Part shown: positions 1 to 8,440 of the stretch, one piece after another
How positions within the stretch are numbered: position 1 is the stretch's first letter
Layout: each line of letters opens with the position of its first letter
Virus record (IMG/VR): IMGVR_UViG_2778261619_000010
Coordinates: 1 to 21,065 of that record
From: a virus
Taxonomy: Duplodnaviria; Heunggongvirae; Uroviricota; Caudoviricetes
Reading direction: 5' to 3' (one strand)
DNA: 21,065 bases
Program-made: the position numbers and the translations under genes
Notes under the pieces: generated by a model
The model's database searches: none
Told to the model about the DNA's origin: nothing
Seen by the model: only the letters and a program-made list of their open reading frames with translations

Positions 1-1017
1 ATGAGCAGTGTAAGGACAGACAAGTTCATTAGGTATGGTTTTGCGGTTGTGGCGATAGTTGCCATACTCATTACTACTATCACAACCCCCAATCCCACAC
101 CTTATCAATATATAGTTTACCGAATAGTTCTGGCTCTGGCTGCCGGATGTATTGGTGCAGTTCTGCCTGGTTTCCTTGAAGTAAAATTTAATGGGTGGTT
201 AAGAGCATCTGGCGCAGTGGCGATCTTCGCTATAGTGTTTTTCATAAGCCCAGATTTGCTTCAACAAAATCCTGAATCTGCAAGTAAACCTGTACCGCCT
301 ACTGTGATTGATGCATATGCCGTTAATAGTTCCAATCGCGACAGATACCTCGAATTATTTCGAACAGGACAGTTCGGTCAGCGGGACAAGCTGCGCATCG
401 GTTGTGTTGAGTGGAGTGAATCATCGTGCGTGGCTGCTGGTAATTTTTTGCGATTGTTAAGCGAAGCTGGCTGGGAAATCGATTCTGACGCTGTATTCAG
501 AATGCAACCATCCGTGCCAGTTGAGGGGGTATCGATTGTAAGCCGTGGCGATGATCTGGTCGGTTTGCCAAAAGTACCACCCCACATGGGCCGTTGGAGT
601 CGATCAGACATTAGTTATGAAATTTTGACAGCGGCATTTAAATTGATGGGAGTTCCGGTTTATTTTTCCAGTGACCCGACATTACAACCAGGTACTACCG
701 GAGTGTACTTTGGACCGAAACCGAAACTGGATGCACCAGTCATGCAAAAAGATGAGAATGTGCGACGTGAGCTTCTCCGCTACGTCGGTTTGGGAATGAC
801 TATTCAGCGAGCCTGCTCTCAGCAGCCCGTCGAACTTTGTGGGGGTGAAATCTTTTCCTGGGAAACGTCGGTATCTTCGTTCCTAAGGCAGCAGAGATTC
901 AACTCCGATGCCGTAAACAGATGGCTTGCCTTGCCGCAGGTTAATGCGGCTTCGGCAACTGCAGACATGAAAATAAAGCTAGATTTGTTAATGTCATTTG
1001 TTCTGGGCATCGAGTAA
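1..1017 (+). CDS. membrane-anchored protein of unknown function (about three N-terminal TM helices, then a ~250-aa soluble domain)
   Basis: 338-aa ORF with ATG at position 1, so the true start may lie upstream of the window. Three hydrophobic stretches at roughly residues 12-29, 37-59 and 67-84, followed by a non-hydrophobic C-terminal region with no motif I recognise. Confidence 0.5.
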   Translation: MSSVRTDKFIRYGFAVVAIVAILITTITTPNPTPYQYIVYRIVLALAAGCIGAVLPGFLEVKFNGWLRASGAVAIFAIVFFISPDLLQQNPESASKPVPPTVIDAYAVNSSNRDRYLELFRTGQFGQRDKLRIGCVEWSESSCVAAGNFLRLLSEAGWEIDSDAVFRMQPSVPVEGVSIVSRGDDLVGLPKVPPHMGRWSRSDISYEILTAAFKLMGVPVYFSSDPTLQPGTTGVYFGPKPKLDAPVMQKDENVRRELLRYVGLGMTIQRACSQQPVELCGGEIFSWETSVSSFLRQQRFNSDAVNRWLALPQVNAASATADMKIKLDLLMSFVLGIE

Positions 1018-1660
1018 CTATACCTCTTGCGAGGATGATTGAGCGTCTAATGGACCAGCTTAGCCGTTAGCGCTATTTGTTTACGTAAGCCTGTGGAATC
1101 CAACTAGTGCTTCTACGATGCGTTGTTTGGTGAAAAAAAAGTGTTGAAGCACTGGTTTTAGACAACTAAAGCCACGATTTGCTCATGCGTCGAAAATGTA
1201 GTCGTCTACTGTGTAGCACGGAGGCGATATTCGTACGCTTACACTTGCCGATAGGCCACTGGGGAGTGTTCTTGGCACTAAGCTGCCAGGCCCGAAGGTC
1301 TGCTATGAGCGAGGGGCTGACATTCCTATTGGCATTCGGTGTGAGTTATCGGGGGCGGTCATGCGGCATACTTCCGATACAGGCGTTTCCAGCTCTGCCT
1401 GTTTCAGGGTTATATTAATCTGCTTTAGAATTAATCGTGGCTTTAGCATCTGCACATCGTGCTGGAGAAACCTGAGTGAACTAAATCATATTCCCTTTCT
1501 TCAGCTAATCAATTGATAGTTATGCGGAAAAAGTTACTTTGCTTGTCAATAATCCATTTCACATCCGTTAATCCAATGCTATGCGTCTTCGCATTAATCT
1601 GGAAAGGTAGTAAGTGAAATAAAAACTTAGCCAATGACTAATATCTGAGGATACTTTGTC

Positions 1661-4021
1661 ATGAAAAGTATGCAATCAAAAACGGGCTCTCCACTCGTTC
1701 GAACTGAAGCCGAGCTAGAAAGCCGGCTTACTTCAGCACTAAACATAGCATTTCCTAACATTCCTCGCGAAGATCTTATCGAACAGCGCCATTTTACCGT
1801 TCGGCTAGGCCATGGAACTTACAAAATAGATAGCGCCGCACACTGGAAAAAATACGGGCGAGCGGATGTTTTGATCTTTCATCGGGAGAGACCACTTGCG
1901 GTTATTGAACTGAAACGTGAAGACCTGACACTGACCCATGATGATTATGAACAGGCTCAAAGCTACGCTAACCAGTTAACACCACGTCCGCCTCTCGTTG
2001 TAGTTACGAACGGTAAAGATACGCGCGTTTATGACTCAAGTAATGGACAACAGTGGTCGGGTGGACAGGATGCCTCGGCAGCGGTAAACAAGATGCTCGC
2101 CAATTCTGCAAAGTTGGCGGCGGCTGACATGCGCTGGGCTATTGAAGCCTTGATGGGGCGAGAAACTAATGCTTGGGTGCCAGCTGTGCGAGAAGAAACA
2201 GCCCGGCTGCTGATTGATATAACTGATCAGCCTGGGCATTCAGAACATCCATTTGCCAACAACCTACTTTTTCCTCGCAAAATCACGTCTCTTGTAATTG
2301 AATCTGCTGTGATGGGTACAGCTTTCACTATCATTGAGGGTGATGCACAAAGCGGAAAAAGCAGTTGCCTCCGTGAAATTTCGCTAAAAACGGAAAGTAG
2401 CGATCTTTTGGCTGTCCTGATGTTACGAGGTTCCGGACCAGGACTATTTCAGGCTCTGGCCAATCTTTTTGCAGCTGAATTTGAATGGAATTTAACCTCA
2501 AATGATGCACGTAACTGGTTAAGACGAATGTCTAACTGCACTGAAGGTCCATCGCTTATGCTTGCTATCGACGACGTTGAACCAGGCTCCCAAATGGCTA
2601 CTGATCTTGAGGAACTTGCGGGTATACGTTTTGGCAACAGGCTGGTGGTTGTTCTGACGACCTATCATGCCAACGCGTTACTGAAAAATCCAAACGGACG
2701 AACTCCGTCTGCAATTGGTAGCCGGTCGAAGGTATTTAAAACATCGCCTATGTCCCTAGATGAATTTAAGCTGGCGCAACAGATTCTCTCGGACCAGCGG
2801 ATAGTTTTTCAACAGGGAGCAGAATACGCCGATGACTACCGCTCGCCTTGGGTTCTTCGCACTATTTATGATGACATTGTGCGCAATCATCAATACCAGA
2901 AAACGGATCTTATCGCCTATCTTCCTCCATCACCCGGTATGGAACTTATAGATGCTGCGCAAAAGAGCTATGAGAGTCAGTATGATCTTCTTCGTTATTA
3001 TCGGGTTCTTGCACGCTGCGCACTAGCTGACACAAACTCCCACTCAGTAGAATTAATGTTTGCTAAAGCGAATGGATTTGTCGTGCGGTATGACGCACTT
3101 TCTGACGAAGCTCGTGGTGTAGTGAATGAGTTAAAACATATGGGGGCAGTTCGTATTTTTCGCCTTTCAGGATGGGAAGATGTTGTGGTGCCGACAGTTC
3201 CCGCAGCTTACCTTCTGGAACTGTCGGATGCTGTTTGTGATGAACTGGTTTTACGGGCAGAACAAGACCCTCAAGACGCCGGGGCTTGGCTTGGCGAACG
3301 GCTAGATGCCACTTATCTTGGAGATATGATCGGTGCTCAAGCCATACGCCGTATGGCAGCTAAAGAGAGATATTTCAGCTTTGGAATTATTCAGGGCCTT
3401 CTCAGCATTGAGCCATATAAAGAACCTATAAAAAACGGATTGTTTACTTTAGCCATGCCAGACAACCAACAAGTCAATCTAAAGATTGAGGATGGATTAG
3501 CGTGGATTTCTAAACACGGGGATGATGCAAAGAGTGTTCTGGTGAATTTAGAGGATCAAATCCCAAAGGTCATTTCTAAATCAACCAGTTGGATGATACT
3601 CGGGCAACTAGCGAAACTGCCGTCAGCAGAGGTGGGTGACGATGATCAGCGTATAGACGCCTATATTTTACTGAGCATTGGGCGCTGCCCATTTCCTCTA
3701 ATTCGCACGAATATAGAAGGATTGCCTTACTTTGAGCATAATTTTGGCGATCAGGGTGATGTTCTTTGCCTAGAAAAAGCGTCTATTGAAGTTGCTACTC
3801 AGGCGATGGCTGATTTATTTTCAGCCCCATGGCTCTATGCGGACCAGTGGGTGGATACAGCTATCGCGACCGGTTCTATACATTTACTGCATCGTTTGTT
3901 TGCTGCTTTAAACACAGTGATATTGCGTAGAATACCCGTGCAATCCGACTGGGCTAATGAAGCACTTAATCAACGTGTCTCACCAGCCCTTAAGGAAGCC
4001 ATACGATCATTATCTTCGTGA
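1661..4021 (+). CDS. multidomain protein: N-terminal HsdR_N/Mrr-like PD-(D/E)xK nuclease-like domain, central P-loop NTPase, large uncharacterised C-terminal region; candidate phage-defence protein
   Basis: 786-aa uninterrupted ORF, ATG preceded by GAGGA about 9 nt upstream. Residues 66-88 GRADVLIFHRERPLAVIELKRED give a D69...E83-x-K85 motif, followed by VVVTNGKDTRVYD as in HsdR N-terminal domains. Walker A GDAQSGKS (227-234) and Walker B LMLAIDDVE (299-307). No helicase DEAD/DExH motif seen. Confidence 0.6.
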   Translation: MKSMQSKTGSPLVRTEAELESRLTSALNIAFPNIPREDLIEQRHFTVRLGHGTYKIDSAAHWKKYGRADVLIFHRERPLAVIELKREDLTLTHDDYEQAQSYANQLTPRPPLVVVTNGKDTRVYDSSNGQQWSGGQDASAAVNKMLANSAKLAAADMRWAIEALMGRETNAWVPAVREETARLLIDITDQPGHSEHPFANNLLFPRKITSLVIESAVMGTAFTIIEGDAQSGKSSCLREISLKTESSDLLAVLMLRGSGPGLFQALANLFAAEFEWNLTSNDARNWLRRMSNCTEGPSLMLAIDDVEPGSQMATDLEELAGIRFGNRLVVVLTTYHANALLKNPNGRTPSAIGSRSKVFKTSPMSLDEFKLAQQILSDQRIVFQQGAEYADDYRSPWVLRTIYDDIVRNHQYQKTDLIAYLPPSPGMELIDAAQKSYESQYDLLRYYRVLARCALADTNSHSVELMFAKANGFVVRYDALSDEARGVVNELKHMGAVRIFRLSGWEDVVVPTVPAAYLLELSDAVCDELVLRAEQDPQDAGAWLGERLDATYLGDMIGAQAIRRMAAKERYFSFGIIQGLLSIEPYKEPIKNGLFTLAMPDNQQVNLKIEDGLAWISKHGDDAKSVLVNLEDQIPKVISKSTSWMILGQLAKLPSAEVGDDDQRIDAYILLSIGRCPFPLIRTNIEGLPYFEHNFGDQGDVLCLEKASIEVATQAMADLFSAPWLYADQWVDTAIATGSIHLLHRLFAALNTVILRRIPVQSDWANEALNQRVSPALKEAIRSLSS

Positions 4022-4197
4022 CTAAGCAATGGGATTTTAATACATAACGAGCATCTGTCCACGCAAGTTAACAATTGCCTTGGCTCGATATTTTGGTTTC
4101 TAGTGCATATATGCTGATCTTCTCTTCGTTGATCTGATCTTACCCACCAATAGTGGACACAGGACTAAGTGAGTAAACTCTCAACCAGAGGTGACTC

Positions 4198-4497
4198 ATG
4201 ACAAAACCAGTATCAATCAGCAAGAAGCCCCGTGAACAACATTCGCCTGAATTTCGTAACGAAGCCCTGAAACTCGCTGAACGCATCGGTGTGGCCGCCG
4301 CAGCCCGTGAACTCAGCCTTTATGAATCTCAGCTTTATGCCTGGCGCAGTAAACAGCAGCAACAAATGAGTTCGTCAGAGCGCGAAAGCGAACTGGCCGC
4401 TGAAAATGTCCGCCTTAAACGACAACTGGCGGAGCAGGCTGAGGAACTGGCCATCCTCCAAAAGGCCGCGACATACTTCGCGAATCGCCTGAAATGA
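4198..4497 (+). CDS. insE: IS3 transposase OrfA (HTH and leucine-zipper part)
   Basis: 99-aa product [31 protein letters not shown]...[16 protein letters not shown], near-identical in pattern to IS3 OrfA as I recall it. Confidence 0.85.
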   Translation: MTKPVSISKKPREQHSPEFRNEALKLAERIGVAAAARELSLYESQLYAWRSKQQQQMSSSERESELAAENVRLKRQLAEQAEELAILQKAATYFANRLK

Positions 4498-5337
4498 AGT
4501 ATGTCTTCATCGAAAATCATCGGGCAGAGTTCTGCATCAAAGCGATGTGTCGTGTACTTCGGGTTGCCCGCAGCGGCTGGTATGTCTGGCTCAGGCGTCG
4601 TCACCAGATGAGCCTTCGCCAACAGTTTCGGCTCACCTGCGATGCCGCTGTCCATAAGGCATTCTTTGAGGCAAAGCAGCGGTACGGTGCTCCCCGCCTT
4701 GCTGACGAACTGCCGGAGTTCAATATTAAAACCATTGCCGCCAGCCTGCGTCGTCAGGGGCTGCGGGCGAAAGTTCAGCCCGGTCAGCTACCGTGCACAT
4801 GGCCTGCCCGTATTGGAGAATCTGCTGGAGCAGGACTTCAGCGCCAGAGGCCCGAACCAGAAGTGGGCGGGTGACATCACGTACTTGCGTACCGATGAGG
4901 GCTGGTTGTATCTCGCAGTAGTCATCGACCTGTGGTCACGCGCCGTCATTGGCTGGTCGATGTCACCGCGAATGACAGCACAACTGGCCTGTGATGCACT
5001 ACAAATGGCGTTGTGGCGGAGAAGACGCCCGGAAAGCGTCATTGTTCATACGGACCGTGGTGGTCAATACTGTTCAGGGGATTATCAGGCGCTGCTGAAG
5101 CGACACAACCTGCGTGGCAGTATGAGTGCGAAAGGCTACTGTTATGACAATGCCTGTGTGGAAAGCTTCTTTCATTCGCTGAAGGTGGAATGTATCCACG
5201 GGGAACGCTTTAGCAGCCGGGAAATAATGCGGGCAACGGTGTTTAATTATATCGAGTGTGATTACAATCGCTGGCGTCGTCACAGTGCCTGTGGCGGTCT
5301 CAGCCCGGAACAATTTGAAAACCATAATCTCGCTTAG
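4494..5337 (+). pseudogene. insF: IS3 transposase OrfB (DDE catalytic domain), split by an internal frameshift
   Basis: OrfB begins in the -1 frame overlapping the orfA stop (ATGA) as expected, but the reading frame changes again near 4760-4780. Two overlapping ORFs (4494-4874 and 4642-5337) together carry OrfB sequence (...[10 protein letters not shown] then [14 protein letters not shown]...DRGGQYCS...). Consistent with a short deletion inside orfB, so this IS copy is probably transposition-defective by itself. Confidence 0.65.
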
Positions 5338-5367
5338 GGCCGTGTCCACATTACGTGGGTAGGTTCA

Positions 5368-5490
5368 ATTTTCCTGATGACCCCATCGACATAGTATTTT
5401 TTCAAAGCAAGAATTGCCTTCTCGCTATGTATTCCTGATAGCTTGATCAGGATATCAAAGTCTCTTTCAGATATATTCCCCTTTGTCATG
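5368..5490 (-). pseudogene. 5' part of a small minus-strand ORF interrupted by the IS3 insertion
   Basis: ATG at 5490 with GGAG 5 nt upstream on the minus strand. 41 codons (MTKGNISERDFDILIKLSGIHSEKAILALKKYYVDGVIRK...) run directly into the IS3 right terminus. An in-frame continuation exists on the other side of IS3 (minus strand, about 3965-4134) if a 3-bp target duplication is assumed. Confidence 0.35.
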
Positions 5491-6058
5491 TGTCACTCCA
5501 TGAATCAAATTTCATAGTAATCAATCTTTCTTTGATCGACTTATAGATAATAAGATCAGAAATGATAAAAAAGTAACGTATATTTCTTCTCGTCATGTCT
5601 ACTTATAAAATTCAAATGAACTAACCTGAACTACTTACACTGGAATATCATTATATTGGAATAATTATAAAACTGAACAAAATGGTCAATGTAATCTGGT
5701 TAATTTATAAATATTTACATTGCGTGATGATATTTAATTCCAGTGTTAAGTAATGTCACATGCCTATTATTGGTTACTACTTTGTAGGTGTTTTGGTTCG
5801 GCGTTAATATCATTGGTCATAATCACCTGTGAAAGTTTATTCTTGAAATGTAATAGGTATATTACTTGCAATTAAAAATGAGAAATTTATTATTATTGTG
5901 TTTTGCAAATATAATAATTAAAAATTTATTATAAATTATGATTAGAATTGACAATATAAAAGAATAATAAAACTCAATATGAAAATAATTATCATCTGGT
6001 TTGATACTTTTGCTGTTGATTACAGGAATAAAGTGTCAGAATAATATTGTTATTGGGT

Positions 6059-6086
6059 AAAAAAAGCCTCCACTATATGTGGAGGC
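6059..6086 (-). terminator. rho-independent terminator-like hairpin (minus strand)
   Basis: Perfect 8-bp stem GCCTCCAC/GTGGAGGC with a 5-nt loop; on the minus strand it is followed by a run of 7 T. Confidence 0.5.
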
Positions 6087-6678
6087 AAACCCTTAGATAG
6101 TTCTATTGAGGCAAGTATGTTATAAATCTGCCTTATCTTTTATAGCATATAAAGATATGTATGCTATATTTTTTTTGAAGAAATTTTTCCAGAAATTACA
6201 GTAATACAAGAAATATTAACTGGTGTGATTTTTGGATGTTTAATAAGTACAGTGTACTTATATTTTTGTAATAAAGATGAACGCCTCCTTTAGATAAACT
6301 GAAAAATATTAAGCATGTCTCATGTGGTTTTCTGAATCAAAACTCTTTTCAGTCTTTGATTTTTTGTTAAAAACAGGTTTATTGCAAGGGTGTTGTTGTG
6401 AAATGTGTTTTGGTGTCGTTGTGATTTTATGGTGATAATGTGAATTTTTATCCTTTCAAGATGGCTCCCTGGACGTTAAATACAGTGGAAATTTATATTA
6501 AGATATAAATATAACTATTGCGTTATTTAAATTATTGTCTATTACAGCTCCAGTTAATAGAGCCTGAAGTAATTTCTTAGTATTTCATCATAAGCGTTTA
6601 TCTATCGTCTCTTTCTAAATTAACCGGTCGTATTACAAGGTGCTGAATCTGATTAAGGAATGATACTTAGGGGATTAT

Positions 6679-6739
6679 GGCTGACTTAATAATTAGATAA
6701 CTGATAAATGACTATCAGGGGGATATCGTTAAGTCAGCC
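6679..6739. repeat. nested inverted repeat immediately downstream of the integrase stop
   Basis: Perfect 11-bp arms GGCTGACTTAA (6679-6689) and TTAAGTCAGCC (6729-6739) enclosing an inner palindrome CTGATA...TATCAG (6701-6718). No adjacent T-run. Confidence 0.55.
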
Positions 6740-6754
6740 TTTAAAATCAAGCGA

Positions 6755-7945
6755 TTATATAGCTGGTGACTCTTTTCGAAGAGCATCAAGGTAGTCAGCG
6801 TACCATTGCATCATTTCTCGTCTTCCTTCAAGGTAACGAGCATGGTTGTATGTACCACGAATGCTGTTTTTGTCCGTATGTGCAAGTTGCATTTCAATCC
6901 ATGCACTATTGAATCCTTGCTCGTGTAGAACAGTACTCATTGTATGACGAAATCCATGCCCGGTAGCTTTTTTGTCATAGCCAATCTTCTTCAAAACCAT
7001 ATTGACGCTTGCATCGCTGATAGGCCTGTTAACATCATTTCTTCCGGCAAAGATGTATCTGTATCTTCCAGTCAGTTCTTTGAGGATTTGCAGAGACTGG
7101 ATTGCCTGATCTGACAGAGGGACGATATGCTCCTTCCTCATTTTCATCCGGGTCGGAGGAACTTCCCATATCTTTTGGGTAAAATCGATCTCACACCATT
7201 CCCCCATACGTAATTCTACTGTTCTCAGCCCTGTGAGCATCAACAATTTTGTAGCTTCACGGGTTACAATACTGCCGGTGTAGTTTTCGAGTTTGTATAA
7301 AAACTCTGGTAGTTCAGGAGGAAGCAGGAAAGGGTAATGTGTTCGCTTATAGCTTTTCATTGCTATAACCAGATCAGAAGCTGGATTGTATCGTGCCCGA
7401 CCTGTAACAATGGCATACCGAAACACTTCACCACATCGTTGGCGAACTTTATTAGCTAGCTCGCAGGCTCCTCGGCTTTCGATACGCTGAAGAACTGCGA
7501 GAAGTTCAAGAGGTTCGATTTCACTAATGGGTCTGTTTCCAATGTAGGGAAACACATTATTTTTGAATGCTCTGTCGACATAATCAGCGTAGCTGGCAGA
7601 CCAGCCTGAAACTTTTGCGTTGTACCACTCGGTGGCGATTGCGGCAAAAGTTCTTCCTTCGGAAAGGTTTTTCTCAAGATTTTCAGCTTTCTTGACTTCA
7701 CCGGGATCTTTACCATCGGCATGTATTTTCTTGGCTTCATCCCGACGTTTGCGAGCTTCAGCCAATGTAATAGTTGGATAGGTGCCAAATGATAGTTTCT
7801 TTTCCTTCCCCGCATAGTGGTACTTCATTCGCCAGTACTTTGAGCCGTTAGGATTGACCTGAAGGTAGAGCCCACCACCATCGGCAATCTTATAAATTTT
7901 ATCTTTGGGTTTGGCTGTTTCAACTTGTCGAGCTGTCAGTGGCAT
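6755..7945 (-). CDS. int: P4-family (IntS/CP4-57-like) tyrosine integrase
   Basis: N-terminus MPLTARQVETAKPKDKIYKIADGGGLYLQVNPNGSKYWRMKY... is typical of P4-type integrases. C-terminal HGFRHT and IRGTYNHARYLEGRREMMQW supply the HxxR and catalytic Tyr. The ORF-track start at 7972 is a TTG; the ATG at 7945 is the more likely start. Confidence 0.9.
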   Translation of the reverse strand: MPLTARQVETAKPKDKIYKIADGGGLYLQVNPNGSKYWRMKYHYAGKEKKLSFGTYPTITLAEARKRRDEAKKIHADGKDPGEVKKAENLEKNLSEGRTFAAIATEWYNAKVSGWSASYADYVDRAFKNNVFPYIGNRPISEIEPLELLAVLQRIESRGACELANKVRQRCGEVFRYAIVTGRARYNPASDLVIAMKSYKRTHYPFLLPPELPEFLYKLENYTGSIVTREATKLLMLTGLRTVELRMGEWCEIDFTQKIWEVPPTRMKMRKEHIVPLSDQAIQSLQILKELTGRYRYIFAGRNDVNRPISDASVNMVLKKIGYDKKATGHGFRHTMSTVLHEQGFNSAWIEMQLAHTDKNSIRGTYNHARYLEGRREMMQWYADYLDALRKESPAI

Positions 7946-8120
7946 CTGGGGGCCTCGCAATAGATTGACCAAGATGTGCCCCTAAATAGGCCCCCAAATG
8001 TGACTTGATTTACGTTCCCCTGAGGAGAATTAAGGCGACTATTTGAGTAACATAAGTAAGGGTATGTGCTGATTATAAAGGCTTTTTGTGGGGTATGGTA
8101 GATTTCAGGAGAGGTGTGCA

Positions 8121-8160
8121 TGGTGTCCGAATAGGGAATCGAACCTGCAAATCAGGCAAG
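8121..8160 (-). other. tRNA 3'-end-like sequence (candidate att core or remnant), not a functional tRNA
   Basis: Minus strand reads ...TTGCAGGTTCGATTCCCTATTCGGACACCA: a T-loop motif GGTTCGATTCC and a terminal CCA resembling the 3' end of tRNA-Arg/Thr genes as I recall them, but the T-stem cannot pair and no D or anticodon arm lies upstream. Confidence 0.4.
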
Positions 8161-8181
8161 AAAAAACCGCCATCAGGCGGC
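8161..8181 (-). terminator. rho-independent terminator-like hairpin (minus strand) between early-left genes and att/int
   Basis: Minus strand CCGCC-TGAT-GGCGG followed by TTTTTT. Confidence 0.45.
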
Positions 8182-8352
8182 TTGGTGTTCTTTCAGTTCT
8201 TCAATTCGAATATTGGTTACTTCTGCATGTGCTATCTGCGCCCATATCATCCAGTGGTTATAGCAGTCGTTGATGTCCTCTGCTTCGATAACCCTGTTGA
8301 ATGGTTCTCCATTCCATTCACCTGTGACTCGGAAGTGCATTTATCATCTCCA

Positions 8353-8377
8353 TAAAACAAAACTCGCCGTAGCGAGT
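8353..8377 (-). terminator. terminator-like hairpin downstream of the 181-aa early gene (minus strand)
   Basis: Minus strand ACTCGC-TACG-GCGAGT followed by TTTTGTTTTA. Confidence 0.4.
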
Positions 8378-8440
8378 TCAGATAAAAGAAATCCCCGCGA
8401 ATGCGAGGATTGTTATTCACCTTTGACGGCAAGTTGCAGG

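Larger units (their letters stand above)
4135..5367 (+). mobile_element. IS3-family insertion sequence (IS3-like), about 1.23 kb, 5'-TG...CA-3' termini with imperfect terminal inverted repeats
   Basis: Left end TGATCTTACCCACCAATAGTGGACAC and right end GTGTCCACATTACGTGGGTAGGTTCA are imperfect inverted repeats. Internal orfA/orfB products match my recollection of E. coli IS3 transposase. Flanking 3-bp repeats are not identical (ATC vs ATT). Confidence 0.85.

Noticed and set aside
1179-1418. 79-aa ORF on + in the gap between genes A and B
   Set aside because: No RBS and unusual Cys/Arg/Leu-rich composition; the region is more likely non-coding or a decayed gene. It is retained only as an unexplained segment in the findings.
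2036-2637. Minus-strand ORFs (2036-2239, 2449-2637) inside gene B
   Set aside because: Antisense to a long, motif-bearing ORF, with no RBS; typical spurious antisense frames.
4335-5349. Minus-strand ORFs (4335-4655, 4788-5042, 5074-5349) inside IS3
   Set aside because: Antisense to the transposase frames of a recognisable IS3; no independent support.
5491-6754. CRISPR array or tandem repeat array in the AT-rich region
   Set aside because: No regularly spaced direct repeats of constant length; only degenerate GT-rich motifs and isolated palindromes.
7456-7815. 119-aa minus-strand ORF inside the integrase gene
   Set aside because: Alternative frame of the integrase coding region; the integrase frame carries the conserved motifs.
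8121-8200. Complete tRNA gene on the minus strand
   Set aside because: Only the 3'-terminal ~30 nt is tRNA-like; the T-stem cannot pair and there is no D-arm or anticodon arm, and upstream sequence is a terminator hairpin. Treated as an att-type fragment.
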